Assembly (NCBI GenBank): GCA_964016885.1
Contig: OZ024743.1
Coordinates: 255,564,001 to 255,628,000, forward strand
Direction of reading: 5' to 3'
DNA length: 64,000 nt
Source of the DNA: Eledone cirrhosa
Taxonomy: Eukaryota
In this document: in pieces, positions 62,853-64,000 of the stretch
Position numbering within the stretch: the first letter of the stretch is position 1
How the letters are laid out: each line of letters starts with the position of its first letter
Program-made: the position numbers and the translations under genes
Notes under the pieces: generated by a model
What the model saw: the letters and a program-made list of their open reading frames with translations, nothing else
Databases searched by the model: none
What the model was told of the DNA's origin: nothing

Positions 62853-64000
62853 TATATATGTATATATTTGAGAGAAAGAGAAAAAATGAGATGTGACACT
62901 AAAATAACACAAACCAGTGCTCAGTAGTAACCAATGTGGATTCCATCACCTGGACAAGTTGTTGGAAATGTGTTGTTTGGAATGTTATCAAATAATAATT
63001 TCTAAATAATAATTCCAGTGAAATTCTTTGGAACATCTGCTGCCATCTGTTGCATATATTTCATATGTTCATGTCATTTATTAATGTCTTTTCTCCTGTT
63101 TTTTCGGGTGATATAGAACTAATCTGTCATCTGGTTTTAAACATTACAAACAACCATCACCACCATCCCACCTAACCTGGCCCTCAGGTGCTGGCTGTGT
63201 TGTCATTTGTGGAGTCTCTTTTGTTTCAAAATGCAGCCAGTTAGCAGAGATATTAGTAAGAAAGTTTTGTGTTATTTGTTCTGACACGTTGCACTCTGAG
63301 TTCAAATCTCACCGAGGTCAATTTAGTCTTTCACCATTTTGAGTTCGATAAATAACATAACAGTGTAGTATTGATGTTGATTCATCCTCTATATCTCTTT
63401 CTTATTTCCTCTCTCTTACTTTCCCTCTGTTTCTTTGGAAGAAATTGATTTCAGAGCTGGAGAGGCATGATTTCTACTTGGTTCAATTGCACCTCTGATG
63501 CCCCTACAACACAGGACTTAAAAGTTCATGGACAAAGGACATTTGTAAGCCCCTAAGCCAAACCTCTGATCAAAGATTAACTTCTTTGCACCTAAATTGG
63601 TGAGTTGGCAACATTTTTAAAGTATTGCATTAAGGGGCCCTGTGTATTTGTTCCTACTCTTTGAATTCTGCATTCAAATCCCACTATAGTCCACTTTGGT
63701 GAGATTTACAGTACATACCTACACAAGTTTAATTGGCCTCCTACGATGAAGTATCTCATAGAAGCTTTCTTGTGTGTTTAATGATAGGGGTTCCCTAGTC
63801 CTCTCATTAAAAAAAGCAATGCAAAATGTGTGTCTTTTTCAAGAACACAGCATAACACCAAGTCCTGGAATCTAACCCATAACAGTATGACCATAAATCT
63901 AATTTCCTAACCCCTAGACCACATGACTTCATAGTTAAACATTGCCTGGTTTAACATGACCACCACCTGGTATTTGGGTATCTTCAGCTGTGTCCACTTT

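Overview
AT-rich, microsatellite-dense eukaryotic non-coding (intergenic or intronic) DNA, probably from a cephalopod (octopod); this is inferred from the SINE types and repeat landscape. I found no convincing host gene. The window is a graveyard of retroelements: a Penelope-like element (PLE) with an open RT+GIY-YIG ORF, a second PLE RT fragment, several RTE/RTE-X LINE families, a CR1 LINE, a young L1/Tx1-type 3' fragment, CORE-type and Meta-type tRNA SINEs, a tRNA-Asp-derived SINE, a DD37D (maT) mariner-like transposon, and piggyBac-like and hAT-like MITEs. The most striking hidden layer is a dense set of type I hammerhead ribozyme (HHR) motifs: 7 with intact catalytic cores, about 6 decayed and 3 half-motifs, from several distinct sequence families. 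Most sit in short ORF-less modules embedded in (TA)n, and several lie in fold-back palindromes whose turning points fall in or next to the ribozyme. All structures were read by eye; nothing was folded or searched computationally.
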